Below, in pieces: positions 27,838 to 38,788 of a DNA stretch of 64,000 nt. A program made the translations under genes and the position numbers. Source of the stretch: an uncultured Acidobacteriota bacterium (lineage in GTDB: Bacteria > Acidobacteriota > Terriglobia > Acidiferrales > UBA7541); assembly GCA_963696715.1 (NCBI GenBank), contig CAVOLC010000004.1:13616-77615 (forward strand). Reading direction: 5' to 3'. Below the pieces are notes generated by a model. That model was not told the origin of the DNA, did not search any database, and saw nothing but the letters and a program-made list of their open reading frames with translations. How positions within the stretch are numbered: position 1 is the first letter of the stretch; each line of letters opens with the position of its first letter.

Positions 27838-28449
27838 ATGAACGCATCCCACATAATCATGCGGTATCTAAGGGTCGCCAGCGCCACGCTGTTTCTTCTT
27901 GCGCCGAGCGTTGCGCGTCCTCAATCGCGCGAAATGTCCTCGCGACAGGTATCCTCTCGGGAGGCCCAGGATCATCGCCTGCTGCTTTACAACACGCACA
28001 CCGGTGAGCGGATCGATATCGTTTACCGCCGTGGCGAACAGTACATTTCGGGCGCGCTCGGGAAACTCGATTATTTCTTGCGCGATCATCGGACCGGCGT
28101 CGTCCGCCATTTCGATCCGCGCCTGTACGATATCCTCTCCGATCTCACGTCGTCGGTCGGGCATCCCGGCGGCGAGATTGACATCGTCTGCGGCTACCGC
28201 ACCCCGTCAACAAACGAATCGCTGCGCGCTCATACTACCGGGGTAGCCAAGAACAGTTTGCACATTCAAGCGGAAGCCATCGATCTGCGTATGCCCGGCA
28301 TCGACACGATCACCCTGCGCAAGGCGGCTCTTGCACTGCGCCGTGGCGGCGTAGGTTACTATCCTCACTCCGACTTCATCCACGTTGACACCGGCCGTGT
28401 CCGCCAGTGGTGTTTCGACTGCCCCGCCAACCTGATCAGCGGAGACTAA
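27838..28449 (+). CDS. DUF882 / peptidase M15A-like protein (YcbK/MepK-type murein endopeptidase)
   Basis: LLLYNTHTGERIDIVYRRGEQY...LDYFLRDHRTG...IDIVCGYRTPSTNESL...SLHIQAEAIDLRMPG...GGVGYYPHSDFIHVDTGRVRQW. The track ORF starts inside the IS end, so the ATG at 27838 was chosen. Confidence 0.75.
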   Translation: MNASHIIMRYLRVASATLFLLAPSVARPQSREMSSRQVSSREAQDHRLLLYNTHTGERIDIVYRRGEQYISGALGKLDYFLRDHRTGVVRHFDPRLYDILSDLTSSVGHPGGEIDIVCGYRTPSTNESLRAHTTGVAKNSLHIQAEAIDLRMPGIDTITLRKAALALRRGGVGYYPHSDFIHVDTGRVRQWCFDCPANLISGD

Positions 28450-30188
28450 CCCGGGTACGGATATCCTTTATCGAGGACCTTCTCAAGTGTGGCATCGTGT
28501 CCATAGATATCATCGTAAAAGTGAACGACGCCGTCTTCCGAGACGATAACGGTGCCATAGACGATTAAAACCGGAATCGGCTTCGCAAGATTCACCTGGC
28601 GGTTTGGATCCCCGTTCATTGCCGCGCGGACGCGGTCCATGTTCCAGCCCCCCGGGTTATCTCTCAGGACCCAAACGGCCAGATCGGCAGGCTTCTCCAG
28701 CCGAATGCAGCCGTGGCTGAAATCCCGCCGCGATTTCGCGAAGAATTCCTGCGCGGGGGTGTCGTGCATGTACACGCTGTAGTCATTCGGAAAGATAAAT
28801 TTCACCAGCCCAAGTGAGTTTTTCGGGCCTGGCATTTGCCGGATGAAGAGCTTGCCGGCCCGGAGTTGGTCGAGCACGTCACCCGTCACATTGCCTGACG
28901 CAACAACCTCCTGACGGTTGTTTACAACCTCGAATCCTTTCTTTGCCAGATAGTCGGGGTCGCGGGCAATGCGCAAAAAGAATTCAGATCTTGCGATGGA
29001 ATACGGAACATTCCAGTAAGGGTGGAATATTACGTACGCCATTTTGTCCTCAAAGACCGGTGTACTGTGGTCGTAGGCTTTGCCGACCACGACGTTCATG
29101 GTCAAAGCGATCTTGAAGTTTTCGTCGTAAGCGCGTAGGCGAAATTCAGGGATGTTCGCAACGATGGGCGCCTTTTGATAAGCAAGAGGCAGCCACCGCC
29201 AGCGCTCGAGAGTGAGTTGCATTTGGCGGACACGCTGGCTGAGCGGCACATTCAGGTCATCCAATGTTTGCTTGCCGATTTTCCCGTCAGGGTCTCGGCC
29301 ATGCCGGCGCTGAAAGCTTTTGACCGCGTCTACAACCGGACCTTGATAAACCGTTCCATCGGCCGGAACATTTGCGTCAGGAGGCAGGTCGCCCACCAGC
29401 CTGAGGAAACGCGTAAGTTGAGGGACCCCGGCGTAGGAATCGCCCGTCGCGATTGTCTTCCCTGTAGCAGGAAGCAGTTCTCCGTTATATTTCTTCGCAA
29501 ACTGCATATAGGTGTTCAGGGCTTGAATTGTCCGCCGGTAACCGGGGAATGGAGGCTCTACTTGCGCCAGGACGCCCGCAACGTCGGAAGCATCCACAAC
29601 ATCCTTTTTCAGGAATTCGGGCAAATCGTATTTCTTGGCCTCGACGTCAAAACCAAAGTCAAAATGCTTCGGATTCACCTTGCCGATGTGAAGGTCCGAG
29701 ATGTATCTCATCACGCAGACGGTCAGCGCTGCATCGAACCGCACCGCGTCTGCTTCTGACGGTTGCCCCGTCGCAGGCTTGAGTTTCGCCAGCCTCCCGG
29801 CCCAACGCGGACTGTCATAATCGTCCGCGGACAATCCCTTCTCCTCTGCCTTCGATAGGATCGCGATTATTTGCTGCGCCTGTGCGGTAGGCTCCATTCC
29901 CCTTACCCATGGCAGGGAGTACCCATACGACTCGTAGAATTCCTGCACGTGCTTGACGTAATCGCTGAAATCGAGCCAGCGCAGGTCCGGGAGATTTCCC
30001 GCCTGTACGATTGCGCGCAGGGAACTTTGGCCCTCCGGGCTGAGCTGTTGGGGTGGCGCCACTTGCGCCGAAGTTTCTGCTGATGCACGTGTTCGCCTCG
30101 CCGAGCCGATGCCGTGAGTCCACAACAGTGTAATTGCGACCAGCGCTAGAATTATCAACAGGACCTTGACAATCGATGATCGCTTCAC
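28446..30188 (-). CDS. L,D-transpeptidase with PG-binding domain (YcbB/LdtD-like)
   Basis: PG_binding_1 (AVKSFQRRHGRDPDGKIGKQTLDDLN) and a YkuD catalytic region (…HDTPAQEFFAKSRRDFSHGCIRLEKP) are present. The GTG at 30188 is preceded by GGAGGA and gives a signal-like N-terminus VKRSSIVKVLLIILALVAITLLW. Confidence 0.85.
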   Translation of the reverse strand: MKRSSIVKVLLIILALVAITLLWTHGIGSARRTRASAETSAQVAPPQQLSPEGQSSLRAIVQAGNLPDLRWLDFSDYVKHVQEFYESYGYSLPWVRGMEPTAQAQQIIAILSKAEEKGLSADDYDSPRWAGRLAKLKPATGQPSEADAVRFDAALTVCVMRYISDLHIGKVNPKHFDFGFDVEAKKYDLPEFLKKDVVDASDVAGVLAQVEPPFPGYRRTIQALNTYMQFAKKYNGELLPATGKTIATGDSYAGVPQLTRFLRLVGDLPPDANVPADGTVYQGPVVDAVKSFQRRHGRDPDGKIGKQTLDDLNVPLSQRVRQMQLTLERWRWLPLAYQKAPIVANIPEFRLRAYDENFKIALTMNVVVGKAYDHSTPVFEDKMAYVIFHPYWNVPYSIARSEFFLRIARDPDYLAKKGFEVVNNRQEVVASGNVTGDVLDQLRAGKLFIRQMPGPKNSLGLVKFIFPNDYSVYMHDTPAQEFFAKSRRDFSHGCIRLEKPADLAVWVLRDNPGGWNMDRVRAAMNGDPNRQVNLAKPIPVLIVYGTVIVSEDGVVHFYDDIYGHDATLEKVLDKGYPYPG

Positions 30189-30339
30189 TGGATTCCTCCA
30201 CACTTCACGGCAATCCGTACAGCCCCACAAGATAGCGCTCCGACAGGTTATCTCAAAGAATTTCCGATTTGGATAATCGTCCGGTAATGGACCAGTTCTT
30301 GATCTTGGTCGGCAGCGGCCAGCGATACAACTGGCAGTA

Positions 30340-31761
30340 TTGACAGTTTCAGTGCGTACAATCCTTGCTACTCTCAATCCTCACTTGTTAACGACTATAG
30401 GTCTGAGACGAATGCTGCAAACCCGGGACTTAAATCAAATGTCTATTTCGAGCGCCTCTATTGGCAATAAAAAAGCGGGCCCGGTTCCTCATGCAAATAC
30501 ATCACAAACCGTCCACCGGCTCCGAAATTCTCTGCGCGTTCTGCGCTGCAAGACCATCGTTGGCATGGTCGTCCTGGTTTCTCTTCTCATCTATTTCAGC
30601 CTCGGAATCCACTATGCTCTCTACAAACCGGTCCGCTCCTCGAACTACATTTGGGCCGTTTACCACGTACACTCGACTTATTCGGACGGCCTCAAGGCGC
30701 CAGAGGAAATCGCTCGTCAAGCCCGGCTGGCAGGCGTCTCGCTCGTGCTGCTGACAGATCACGGCAATCCAAACTTTGAATCCTCTGCGCTCCACAAAGA
30801 GTTCGACGGCGTAACAGTGATAGGCGGATCGGAAGCCAGATTGCCGGATGGACGTCTCACATTTTTCGGCGCGCGAAATGTCCCCGATATTGCGCTCGCC
30901 ACATTTCCTCCACAAGCAATGAAACAGGCACGTGAGTGGGGAGCGTTCCCGGTTGTGGCTTACTCCGAAGATCCACTCTATGGCTGGCGCTATTGGGAAA
31001 CCGATTTGGTCCCCGGTGGAATCGAATTGTCGAACATGTTCACCTGCGTCCGCAGCGTTTCGGTTTACGACAAGCTTGCTCTAATTCTCTTCTATCCTTT
31101 CTCTCACTATTACTTCATTAAAAGCGTTTCTTTTCCCGCCAAGTCCTTCGCTCACTGGGACGATCTTCTCCAGCGCGGGAAGATATGGAGTCTGGTGGCC
31201 TCCGATGCCCACGGCGGATTCCATGTAGGGAAATCTGTGACGGTGAATGTCCCTTCTTACGCAGACGTTTTCTCCTTCGCTGGTTTGGGCATCGACAAAA
31301 AGTACGCGACACAACCCGAGCAGGCCATACGTAATGGCGACTTTTTTAACTGCATTCGCGGTGCCGGTGAGCCGGAGTTATTTGATTTCTACGCCACCGA
31401 TAACGGAGTGATTTACACAAGCGGTAGTAACCCGCCCGAGAAATCGGATCTGCATGTGATGGTTGAAGTCGCGGGTCTGAGGACACAGCTGATCCTGAGA
31501 AGGAATGGCAACATCGAGCGACAAGTCGATAGCCGTCGCCTCGACGTCCCGGGAGCGGTGGCAGGAGTCTATCGGCTGGAAGTATATCTCTTGAACCATC
31601 CCTTACTGCCTGCAGACGTCCCATGGATTGTGTCCAACCCGATCTTTGTTGGAGGTCTTGCGACGCCGCACCACCGCGAGTTGAACTCTGAAACCACGAG
31701 TCTCCCCGGGTCAGAACGAATCGCGTCCATCCACACTTCTACAGCGGGAGCGGCGAGGTGA
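30340..31761 (+). CDS. PHP-domain (CehA/McbA-like) metal-dependent phosphoesterase, membrane-anchored
   Basis: VYHVHSTYSDG...VLLTDHGN PHP motifs follow a TM segment. The start is uncertain: TTG at 30340 in the track, with in-frame ATGs at 30412 and 30439. Confidence 0.65.
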   Translation: MTVSVRTILATLNPHLLTTIGLRRMLQTRDLNQMSISSASIGNKKAGPVPHANTSQTVHRLRNSLRVLRCKTIVGMVVLVSLLIYFSLGIHYALYKPVRSSNYIWAVYHVHSTYSDGLKAPEEIARQARLAGVSLVLLTDHGNPNFESSALHKEFDGVTVIGGSEARLPDGRLTFFGARNVPDIALATFPPQAMKQAREWGAFPVVAYSEDPLYGWRYWETDLVPGGIELSNMFTCVRSVSVYDKLALILFYPFSHYYFIKSVSFPAKSFAHWDDLLQRGKIWSLVASDAHGGFHVGKSVTVNVPSYADVFSFAGLGIDKKYATQPEQAIRNGDFFNCIRGAGEPELFDFYATDNGVIYTSGSNPPEKSDLHVMVEVAGLRTQLILRRNGNIERQVDSRRLDVPGAVAGVYRLEVYLLNHPLLPADVPWIVSNPIFVGGLATPHHRELNSETTSLPGSERIASIHTSTAGAAR

Positions 31762-31874
31762 TTTTTAAAGTCTGCGCACGCGTTCGAGGAAACTCTAAGG
31801 TAATGCACGCCATTCGTGCTAATTTACATCATCCCCGGAACCATAGGTCGCCATCAACAATAGAAGGAGCTCAC

Positions 31875-32498
31875 GTGAGAAGACTCGCGGTTCTGATTCT
31901 AGCGGTGTTGGCTGGGCTTACGGTCTTGGACGCCAAGTCCACGAAGTTAGTGTTCACCTGGATGAATCCGAACTACTCCGGCGAACATTTCAAAAACATT
32001 CTTGTGCTGGGCATAAACGGCAAAGTAGAAAATCGAGCCGAATTTGAAGATCAACTCTCGGCGGGAATAACAAGGCCGGGGATTCAGGCCATTCCCAGCT
32101 ATTCGCTCATTCCCAGACCCAATTCAAAGCCGATCGACATGGATCAATTGAAGGACGTGATTCGGGGACAAAACATCGACGCCGTCGTAGCTACCCGCTT
32201 GATAAAGGTCGACACCAAGGTCACCACTATTCCCGGACAGGCCTATGCCCCGTATGGGTACTACAACACGTTCTATGGCTATTACGGCGCAATCTATCCG
32301 GTGGTCTACGCGCCCGACTATCTCCGGGTGGACAAAACCGCGCAGATCGAAACGAATTTCTATTCAACGACCAAGCCGGATGGAGTCCTTATCTGGACCG
32401 GAACCAGCGACACAGTGAATCCGAAGTCGCCTTTAAAGGCTATCGATGCAGTTGCCAAACTCATAGTGCAAGAATTGGAAAAGCAAAAAATTATCTGA
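31875..32498 (+). CDS. Hypothetical secreted protein / lipoprotein-like
   Basis: RBS AAGGAG (31864-31869) is followed by the GTG at 31875. The signal peptide is RRLAVLILAVLAGLTVLDA. No domain recognised. Confidence 0.55.
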   Translation: MRRLAVLILAVLAGLTVLDAKSTKLVFTWMNPNYSGEHFKNILVLGINGKVENRAEFEDQLSAGITRPGIQAIPSYSLIPRPNSKPIDMDQLKDVIRGQNIDAVVATRLIKVDTKVTTIPGQAYAPYGYYNTFYGYYGAIYPVVYAPDYLRVDKTAQIETNFYSTTKPDGVLIWTGTSDTVNPKSPLKAIDAVAKLIVQELEKQKII

Positions 32499-32535
32499 TC
32501 GACCGCCGTGTCGGGACGTGGCTCAAGTCTTATGG

Positions 32536-33612
32536 TTAATGGTTGAAACTGACGTTGAGGCCTGTGGATAGAATCACATCGTTCGGCTTCGTCCCTACGA
32601 TCGGCGGGTTTGAAACGTAACGATCGCTAAAGCTCAACTGCCAGCCCAGCCACTTATTAATCTTTGTAACCGAGCCTGCATCAGCGGCAAAACGATATTG
32701 GCTGATGTCGCTCAGGTCCGGATAGAAATAGAAGTCCTCGGTGACTACAGTTATAGCACCGAACTTATGCATAAATATTTCTCCAGCCGTAATTCCGGGA
32801 AGATTTCGATTGACGTTCATGCCCGGGGTGGTAGATCCGCCACTGTATGTTTCACGCGTGTAATTCATCCCGCCAAGCAGATCCAGTGTGGTGTTGGGGT
32901 TGTTGATCCAGTGCCAGCCCAGCCCGCCGGTGAAAATCGATCTCAAATTCAAACCCTGCAATTCATCGTGCGTGAAATCACCGCTGACAAATCCGAACAA
33001 CCTCTTTGTGAAGTTATGACCGTATTTTACTCCTCCCATGATCTCATTGGCTGTGACACCGCTGTTTACACCTCCATTGCTTGAATAGATCGAAGACTCG
33101 TACATCGTCAACTCGTCCGTCAGCGTCTTGCGATCTGCCGTGACACCCGTGTTCAGGTTCGTCGTATCGCTATTTCCACGCGCAAGGGCGAATCCGATGT
33201 TCACTCCGCCCTTCCACCCTTCCAGAAGACTTGGATGCAGGCTTTTTTCGTAGGCTGCTTGTTGGTCGGCGGAACGGACAATCGTGACTTGAGCGAGGGG
33301 CACTTGGACATCGGCCGAGCCCGCGGTACGTACGGTCATGTTTGTGCCATCCGTGGAGATAATTCCATTCACCGTTTTTTTCTCGGAGGTGACAACGTAA
33401 AGCGCCTTATCTGAAGCTACTTCTTTCACCGCGGGCCAACTTATTTTTATCTCGCCTGCGTAATCCGTCTTAAAAGTTAGGTTCTTGCCGTCTGAGGTGA
33501 CGATTGTTCCGCTCAAATGATCGCCGTTGCGGAGCGTCACCGAGTCTGCAGCGGCCGTCAAAGTTGCGGTTAAGAAAATAAACACGGCCACAAGAACATG
33601 CGTCATCTTCAT
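32536..33612 (-). CDS. DUF481-like outer-membrane beta-barrel protein
   Basis: Signal peptide MKMTHVLVAVFIFLTATLTAAA. An N-terminal ...TLRNGDHLSGTI... motif and a C-terminal beta-barrel ending ...GLNVSFNH are present. Confidence 0.65.
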   Translation of the reverse strand: MKMTHVLVAVFIFLTATLTAAADSVTLRNGDHLSGTIVTSDGKNLTFKTDYAGEIKISWPAVKEVASDKALYVVTSEKKTVNGIISTDGTNMTVRTAGSADVQVPLAQVTIVRSADQQAAYEKSLHPSLLEGWKGGVNIGFALARGNSDTTNLNTGVTADRKTLTDELTMYESSIYSSNGGVNSGVTANEIMGGVKYGHNFTKRLFGFVSGDFTHDELQGLNLRSIFTGGLGWHWINNPNTTLDLLGGMNYTRETYSGGSTTPGMNVNRNLPGITAGEIFMHKFGAITVVTEDFYFYPDLSDISQYRFAADAGSVTKINKWLGWQLSFSDRYVSNPPIVGTKPNDVILSTGLNVSFNH

Positions 33613-34029
33613 GATTTCCCCCGTCTGAGAGAACAACTAAGATTAGCGAACGTCGTAAACAAGCGCTGGGACAGCAATTGTAGTGCTAGCCATTTCGGAA
33701 ATCCTAACTTCATTTCGTGGAGCCGAGACCCTCAACATTATCGTTATATGATCGGTTCCGCCACCGATGACAATTGCCCCTAGTAAAGATGTTCGGTCCA
33801 TCCCAAAATCGGGCATGCCCTAAACAGCTCTAGCTACCAGCAAGACGTAAACGCTTTGCTGGTATAAGCTTGGAGTAGGACGCCAAGGCATGACGGTTGC
33901 TCTATTTATGCTTTCACACCACGGCTCTGGAGCGTTTTGACGAATGGCGCGATTTTGCCAGGCCTTCTCTCGCAGGCCCAGCAGCCGGTTTCAGTTTAGC
34001 TGAAGACTCGAACGTCAAAAGGGGTGGGT

Positions 34030-36660
34030 ATGAAGAAGTTCGGTTTCATTCTCTTGGTATCGTATCTTGCGGCGATTGCACCCGCCACATTTGGGCAGCA
34101 TATTCCAGACTTCGCCACGCCCGATCACTACCAGCTCATTATTACGCCGGACTTCGCGAACGAAACCTTTGCAGGCGATGAAACCATCCGCATTCGTTTT
34201 CTTAAGCCATCCGCGTCCATCACCTTAAATGCACTAGAGATCAAGTTTTCGGAAGTAACGATCGCCTCCAGCGGCAAGACCCAGACCGCCCAAGTGACCC
34301 CGGACGAAAAGAAAGAAACGGTCACCTTTACAGTGGCCGAGCCGCTTGCAGCCGGGCCAGCCGAAATCCACGTCCGCTATTCCGGAATCTTAAACGGCCA
34401 GCTTCGCGGCCTCTATTTGAGCAAAGCAAACAATCACAAATACGCGATTACGCAGCTGGAGAACACCGACGCGCGACGGATGTATCCGTCATTTGACGAG
34501 CCTTCCTACAAAGCAACATTCGACATCACCACAATTATTGATAAAGGCGATACCGCCATTTCAAACGGCAAGATTGTCTCAGACACGCCTGGACCTGGCG
34601 ACGGCAAACACACGCTGAAGTTCTCCACCACGCCCAAAATGTCGTCTTACCTCGTGGCGCTCGCCATCGGTGACTGGGAATGTTTGGACGGCAGCGCCGA
34701 CGATATTCCCATTCGCGTTTGCGGAGTTCCCGGTAAGAAGCAGTACGCTGGCTTTGCACTGGAAGCCGCTGAATTCACGATGAAGTTTTACAATCATTAT
34801 TTCGGAATCAAATACCCATACGGCAAGCTCGATATCCTGGGTGTCGCGGATTTCTCCGCTGGCGCTATGGAAAATACCGCCTGCATCATCTCTCGCGATT
34901 TAATCTTTGTGGATCCCAACCACACACCGTATTTTCTGCGGAAGATAGTCGCGCAGGATCTTGTCGCGCACGAGATGGCGCATCAGTGGTTCGGTGACTT
35001 GGTCACCATGAAATGGTGGGACGACGTTTGGCTGAATGAGGGCTTCGCCACCTGGATGTCATTCAAGCCCATGGAAGCGTGGAAGCCTGAATGGAACTTG
35101 CAGACCGACGCCGTCCGTTCAAGCACGGGTGCCATGGACACCGACTCCCTCAGTTCCACTCGCGCGATTGAGGCTCACGCCGATACGCCTGCACAAATTC
35201 AGGAGCTCTTCGACAGTATTACCTACAACAAAGCCGCCGCCGTGCTCTCAATGGTTGAGGGCGATCTCGGCGGCGAGGTCTTCCGCAAAGGAGTGAATTC
35301 CTACCTTGCGAAATATTCTTATGCCAACGCTACTTCGGAAGATTTCTGGAACGAAATTACTCAGGTATCGCATCAACCCGTGGACCGCATCATGGAGAGC
35401 TTCGTCAAGCAGCCCGGCGTCCCGCTCGTAACCTTGCGCACGGCCTGCGATGGCGGCAAAACAAAGATTACGCTGTCCCAGCAGCGTTATTTTTCCGACC
35501 GCACACTGTTCGAGGCGGCCTCGAAGGAACGGTGGCAGATTCCGGTTTGTTTGAAAATAAGCGCCGGTGAGAAATGTGAGCTCCTGGGCCTCCAAGAGCA
35601 ACAAGTCATAGTGCCGGGATGCGGCTCGGCGGTTTTTGGCAATGCAGGCGCACGCGGCTATTACCGCTCCGGTTATGATCCGGAAAATTTGAAGCTGATT
35701 TCTTCTTCGGCCGAGCGCACGCTCTCGGCCGGTGAACGATATCTGCTTCTTAACGACGTGATCGCGCAGGTGAGTCTAAATCGCCTAACCACGGGAGACG
35801 TGTTGGCGCTTGCATCGGACATGAAAGACGATACTTCCGCTGCCGTAATGAATTACCTGTTGAATCAACTCACCTTCGCCGACGACTACCTGGTAAACGA
35901 TGCCGACCGCGCACAATATCAGGCCTGGATTCGTTCCACGTTTGGTCCCGTCGCTGACAAGCTTGGCTGGGTTTCGACTCCCGCTGATTCAGACGAAACG
36001 CGTTCACGCCGCGCCACTCTACTCGCCATCCTCGGTTCGGTAGGCCGTGATCCCAAGGTTGTTAAGATGTCGCAGGAATTTTTTGACAAAGCCCTCAATG
36101 GTGAGCCGGTCGATCAAAACTTGCTTTTCGCCGCCGTCCGCGTCGCAGTCCGCGACGGTGACGCCACCATGTACAACAGAATTTCGGGTCATTTTGCGCT
36201 AATCAAGTCTCAGGATGACTTCATCCTCTTTGGCCAAGCACTATGTTCATTCAGCGATCCTGCCCTGCTTACCCGCACTCTGAACTTTGCGATCTCTCCA
36301 GCGATGCGCGCGCAGGATGCGCCGCAAGTGATCGGTGCGGTCATGCAAAATCCCGCGGGGCGCCAGGTTGCTTGGGATTTCAGCCGCCAGCATTGGACCG
36401 AGATAGAAGCCAAACTCAGCAATTATTCCGAGGCTTCCTTGGTGCAGTCCGCCAGCGTATTTTGCGATACGGCTAAGCGCGATGAAGTGCAGCGATTCTT
36501 CACCGAGCACAAGATTCCCGCCGCCGAGCGCGAGTTGAAATTGACGCTCGAACAAATCAGCGCCTGCATCGATGTTCGCGCGCACCAGCAGCCACTTCTG
36601 CAAGCCTGGCTGCTGAAAAACCAACCCAGCACCGCGACCAACAGCTCGGGGATGAACTGA
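34030..36660 (+). CDS. pepN: M1-family aminopeptidase N
   Basis: GAMEN exopeptidase motif and zinc site HEMAHQWFGD...(18)...WLNEGFA. A signal peptide and an ERAP1-like C-terminal domain are present. Confidence 0.9.
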   Translation: MKKFGFILLVSYLAAIAPATFGQHIPDFATPDHYQLIITPDFANETFAGDETIRIRFLKPSASITLNALEIKFSEVTIASSGKTQTAQVTPDEKKETVTFTVAEPLAAGPAEIHVRYSGILNGQLRGLYLSKANNHKYAITQLENTDARRMYPSFDEPSYKATFDITTIIDKGDTAISNGKIVSDTPGPGDGKHTLKFSTTPKMSSYLVALAIGDWECLDGSADDIPIRVCGVPGKKQYAGFALEAAEFTMKFYNHYFGIKYPYGKLDILGVADFSAGAMENTACIISRDLIFVDPNHTPYFLRKIVAQDLVAHEMAHQWFGDLVTMKWWDDVWLNEGFATWMSFKPMEAWKPEWNLQTDAVRSSTGAMDTDSLSSTRAIEAHADTPAQIQELFDSITYNKAAAVLSMVEGDLGGEVFRKGVNSYLAKYSYANATSEDFWNEITQVSHQPVDRIMESFVKQPGVPLVTLRTACDGGKTKITLSQQRYFSDRTLFEAASKERWQIPVCLKISAGEKCELLGLQEQQVIVPGCGSAVFGNAGARGYYRSGYDPENLKLISSSAERTLSAGERYLLLNDVIAQVSLNRLTTGDVLALASDMKDDTSAAVMNYLLNQLTFADDYLVNDADRAQYQAWIRSTFGPVADKLGWVSTPADSDETRSRRATLLAILGSVGRDPKVVKMSQEFFDKALNGEPVDQNLLFAAVRVAVRDGDATMYNRISGHFALIKSQDDFILFGQALCSFSDPALLTRTLNFAISPAMRAQDAPQVIGAVMQNPAGRQVAWDFSRQHWTEIEAKLSNYSEASLVQSASVFCDTAKRDEVQRFFTEHKIPAAERELKLTLEQISACIDVRAHQQPLLQAWLLKNQPSTATNSSGMN

Positions 36661-36955
36661 TCGTTGCAGTCTTGGACGCCGAATCCCGGATAAGGTCGCT
36701 TTGACCCGGGGATGCTTGTGCCTTCCCAATGTCCGTTTCAGCAACATGCCATCCCACAAGCGGTCAAAGCGCTCGTCCTGCTCCGGACCTTCTTAGCATA
36801 AGTCTTTTTCCTTCATAAAAATACGCAGCAAAGCCCGAGGCCCGATATTTGCTTCAAATCTGGAGCAAGATCTGGGGTGTCTTCTGGAATCCCACTTTCG
36901 CATGTAACTCGTCACTCTTCGTTGTTCTTTTGGGGCGGCAACCGAAAGGAGAAAC

Positions 36956-37396
36956 ATGATGGCAAGAACGGAACGCATTCGGGAAGCATTTGATCGGCCC
37001 CTCGACTTGAACTATCTCCACGAACGTGAACGCGCGGGCTGGCGCTTGGTCGGCATTGAATGGGAACGAGAGGTGGAAAGTAGCGATGCCCGCGAACCCA
37101 GACTGCTCGAAGAAGCTCCCTTCGGTTCGCAGGTCTCTGCGGATTGCGAGCACTTGGAAGAGAACCCTCCTGAAATGCAATTTCTTCTTTCCATGATGGA
37201 GCTGATCATCCAGGATATTTCTCTAACCAAAGTTGCGGAAGAACTCAACAAGAAGGGATTTCGTACGCGCAAGGGCGCAGAATGGGGTCCGGTCGCCGTC
37301 TTCAACATGCTTCCGCGCCTCATCGAACTCACTCCTCGGATTTTCGCCAGTCAGGAATGGGTCGAGCGTCGCAAGCGGCTTTCTCTGGTCTACTAA
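36956..37396 (+). CDS. Small protein with a serine-recombinase 'Recombinase' DNA-binding domain but no catalytic domain
   Basis: EEAPFGSQV...ENPPEMQFLLSMMELIIQDISLTKVAEELNKKGFRTRKGAEWGPVAVFNMLPR follows the PF07508-type pattern (P.G......E...v..if.....s...ia..LN..G..t..G..W....v..iL.n). Confidence 0.55.
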   Translation: MMARTERIREAFDRPLDLNYLHERERAGWRLVGIEWEREVESSDAREPRLLEEAPFGSQVSADCEHLEENPPEMQFLLSMMELIIQDISLTKVAEELNKKGFRTRKGAEWGPVAVFNMLPRLIELTPRIFASQEWVERRKRLSLVY

Positions 37397-37529
37397 AGAG
37401 TGAACCGTCGCTGTTCTTGACAGAAAGGCTTTCCCCCCAATACAGTTACGTCTGTAAGCATCTTATACCTTTGGTGTATTTCCCTGCATCAACATGGGCC
37501 GTGAAAATTCATTCTTCTGGGAGCTCGAG

Positions 37530-38471
37530 ATGCGCAAAACAATCTATGTTTTATCGGTTTTTTTAACTCTCGCGGCTGTCTTGGTGAGCGTGGTTCGAAC
37601 GTACGCTCAAGACCAATCGGCGTCCGTCAATGTGACCACGGTTGTCACCGTCCTGGGCCCCAAATACACCGCTCCTCCTGCTCTTGGAAAACAAGATATA
37701 AGTGTCACGGAAGGAAAACAGAAACGAGAAGTCACTGACTGGATCCCAGCCCAGGGGGATAAGTCCGCGCTTCAGCTTGCTATCGTTATCGACGATGCCG
37801 ACAACCAAGAACTCGCTACTCAACTCAACGATTTGAGGGGTTTTATTAACTCCCAGCCGGGAAGCACGGGCATCGGAGTGTTTTACGCCAGCAACGGTAC
37901 CGTCCAAGCCGCTTCCCAGTTTAGTACGGACCATGAAGCCGTTGCAAAAACTGTCCGCATACCTCTCGGATACACCGGCGCGTATTCCAGCATCTATCTT
38001 TCAGTCATGAGTTTGATTAAAGGCTGGCCTGTGACCGGTGGTGCTCGCCGCGAGATTTTGCTGATCGCCGACGGCATCGATCGGTTCCGCGGCGATTACC
38101 CAATCAGCCCGGATGTTGACGCGACGATCGACACCGCGCAGAAAGCCGGCGTTATAATTCATTCGCTCTTTGCCACTGGTGTAGGACGCGCCAGCCGAAA
38201 TTCGTTTCGCCTAAACCTCGGCCAAAGCAATCTTTCCAAGATATCGGACGCCACTGGGGGAGAGGCTTTCTTTCAAGGCTTTTTTACTCCCGTGTCGTTC
38301 GGTCCGTTCCTTCAACAGCTGGACATGGTTCTAAAAAATCAGTATTGGTTCAGCTATGCCACCCCGCGATCGAAAAAGACCAAAGGCGAACTCCGCACGT
38401 TCCGTGTTCGAACCGAACAAAAAGGCGTAGAAATATCGGCGGCGGATAGAATTTTCGTTCCCGGACCCTAA
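37530..38471 (+). CDS. VWA-domain protein (VWFA-related acidobacterial type)
   Basis: Signal peptide MRKTIYVLSVFLTLAAVLV. The LQLAIVIDDADN...GIGVFYASNGTV...ILLIADGIDR pattern is of VWA/MIDAS-like proteins. Confidence 0.7.
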   Translation: MRKTIYVLSVFLTLAAVLVSVVRTYAQDQSASVNVTTVVTVLGPKYTAPPALGKQDISVTEGKQKREVTDWIPAQGDKSALQLAIVIDDADNQELATQLNDLRGFINSQPGSTGIGVFYASNGTVQAASQFSTDHEAVAKTVRIPLGYTGAYSSIYLSVMSLIKGWPVTGGARREILLIADGIDRFRGDYPISPDVDATIDTAQKAGVIIHSLFATGVGRASRNSFRLNLGQSNLSKISDATGGEAFFQGFFTPVSFGPFLQQLDMVLKNQYWFSYATPRSKKTKGELRTFRVRTEQKGVEISAADRIFVPGP

Positions 38472-38749
38472 ACAATATTTGGTGCCGAACTCGACGAAAT
38501 GAAAGTGACGCTGGCGTCGCAACAAAATGAGACCCGCCATTATCTTCTGTCTCGGGGGCTCGTTCTGCTTGGCCCGGAAACCTGCTGAATGTCGACGCAG
38601 GATTCCACCCAATCCTTGGCCTTCACCTTCGATAAGCACGGTAGATTCAGCGGTGTAGAATCCGGACCAGCTTTCTCCCGCCCTTCGCCGTAAACGTTCG
38701 AATTGATTGGAGACGGATGTCGTGGAGGGTCACAAACTCGGCGTGAAGC

Positions 38750-38783
38750 CCGAAATAAAATGCGGGAAGCATACGGCTTCCCG
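38750..38783 (-). terminator. Rho-independent terminator candidate after the PIG-L gene
   Basis: On the minus strand: CGGGAAGC-cgtat-GCTTCCCG followed by CATTTTATTTC, 6 bp after the stop. Confidence 0.55.
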
Positions 38784-38788
38784 TATCC

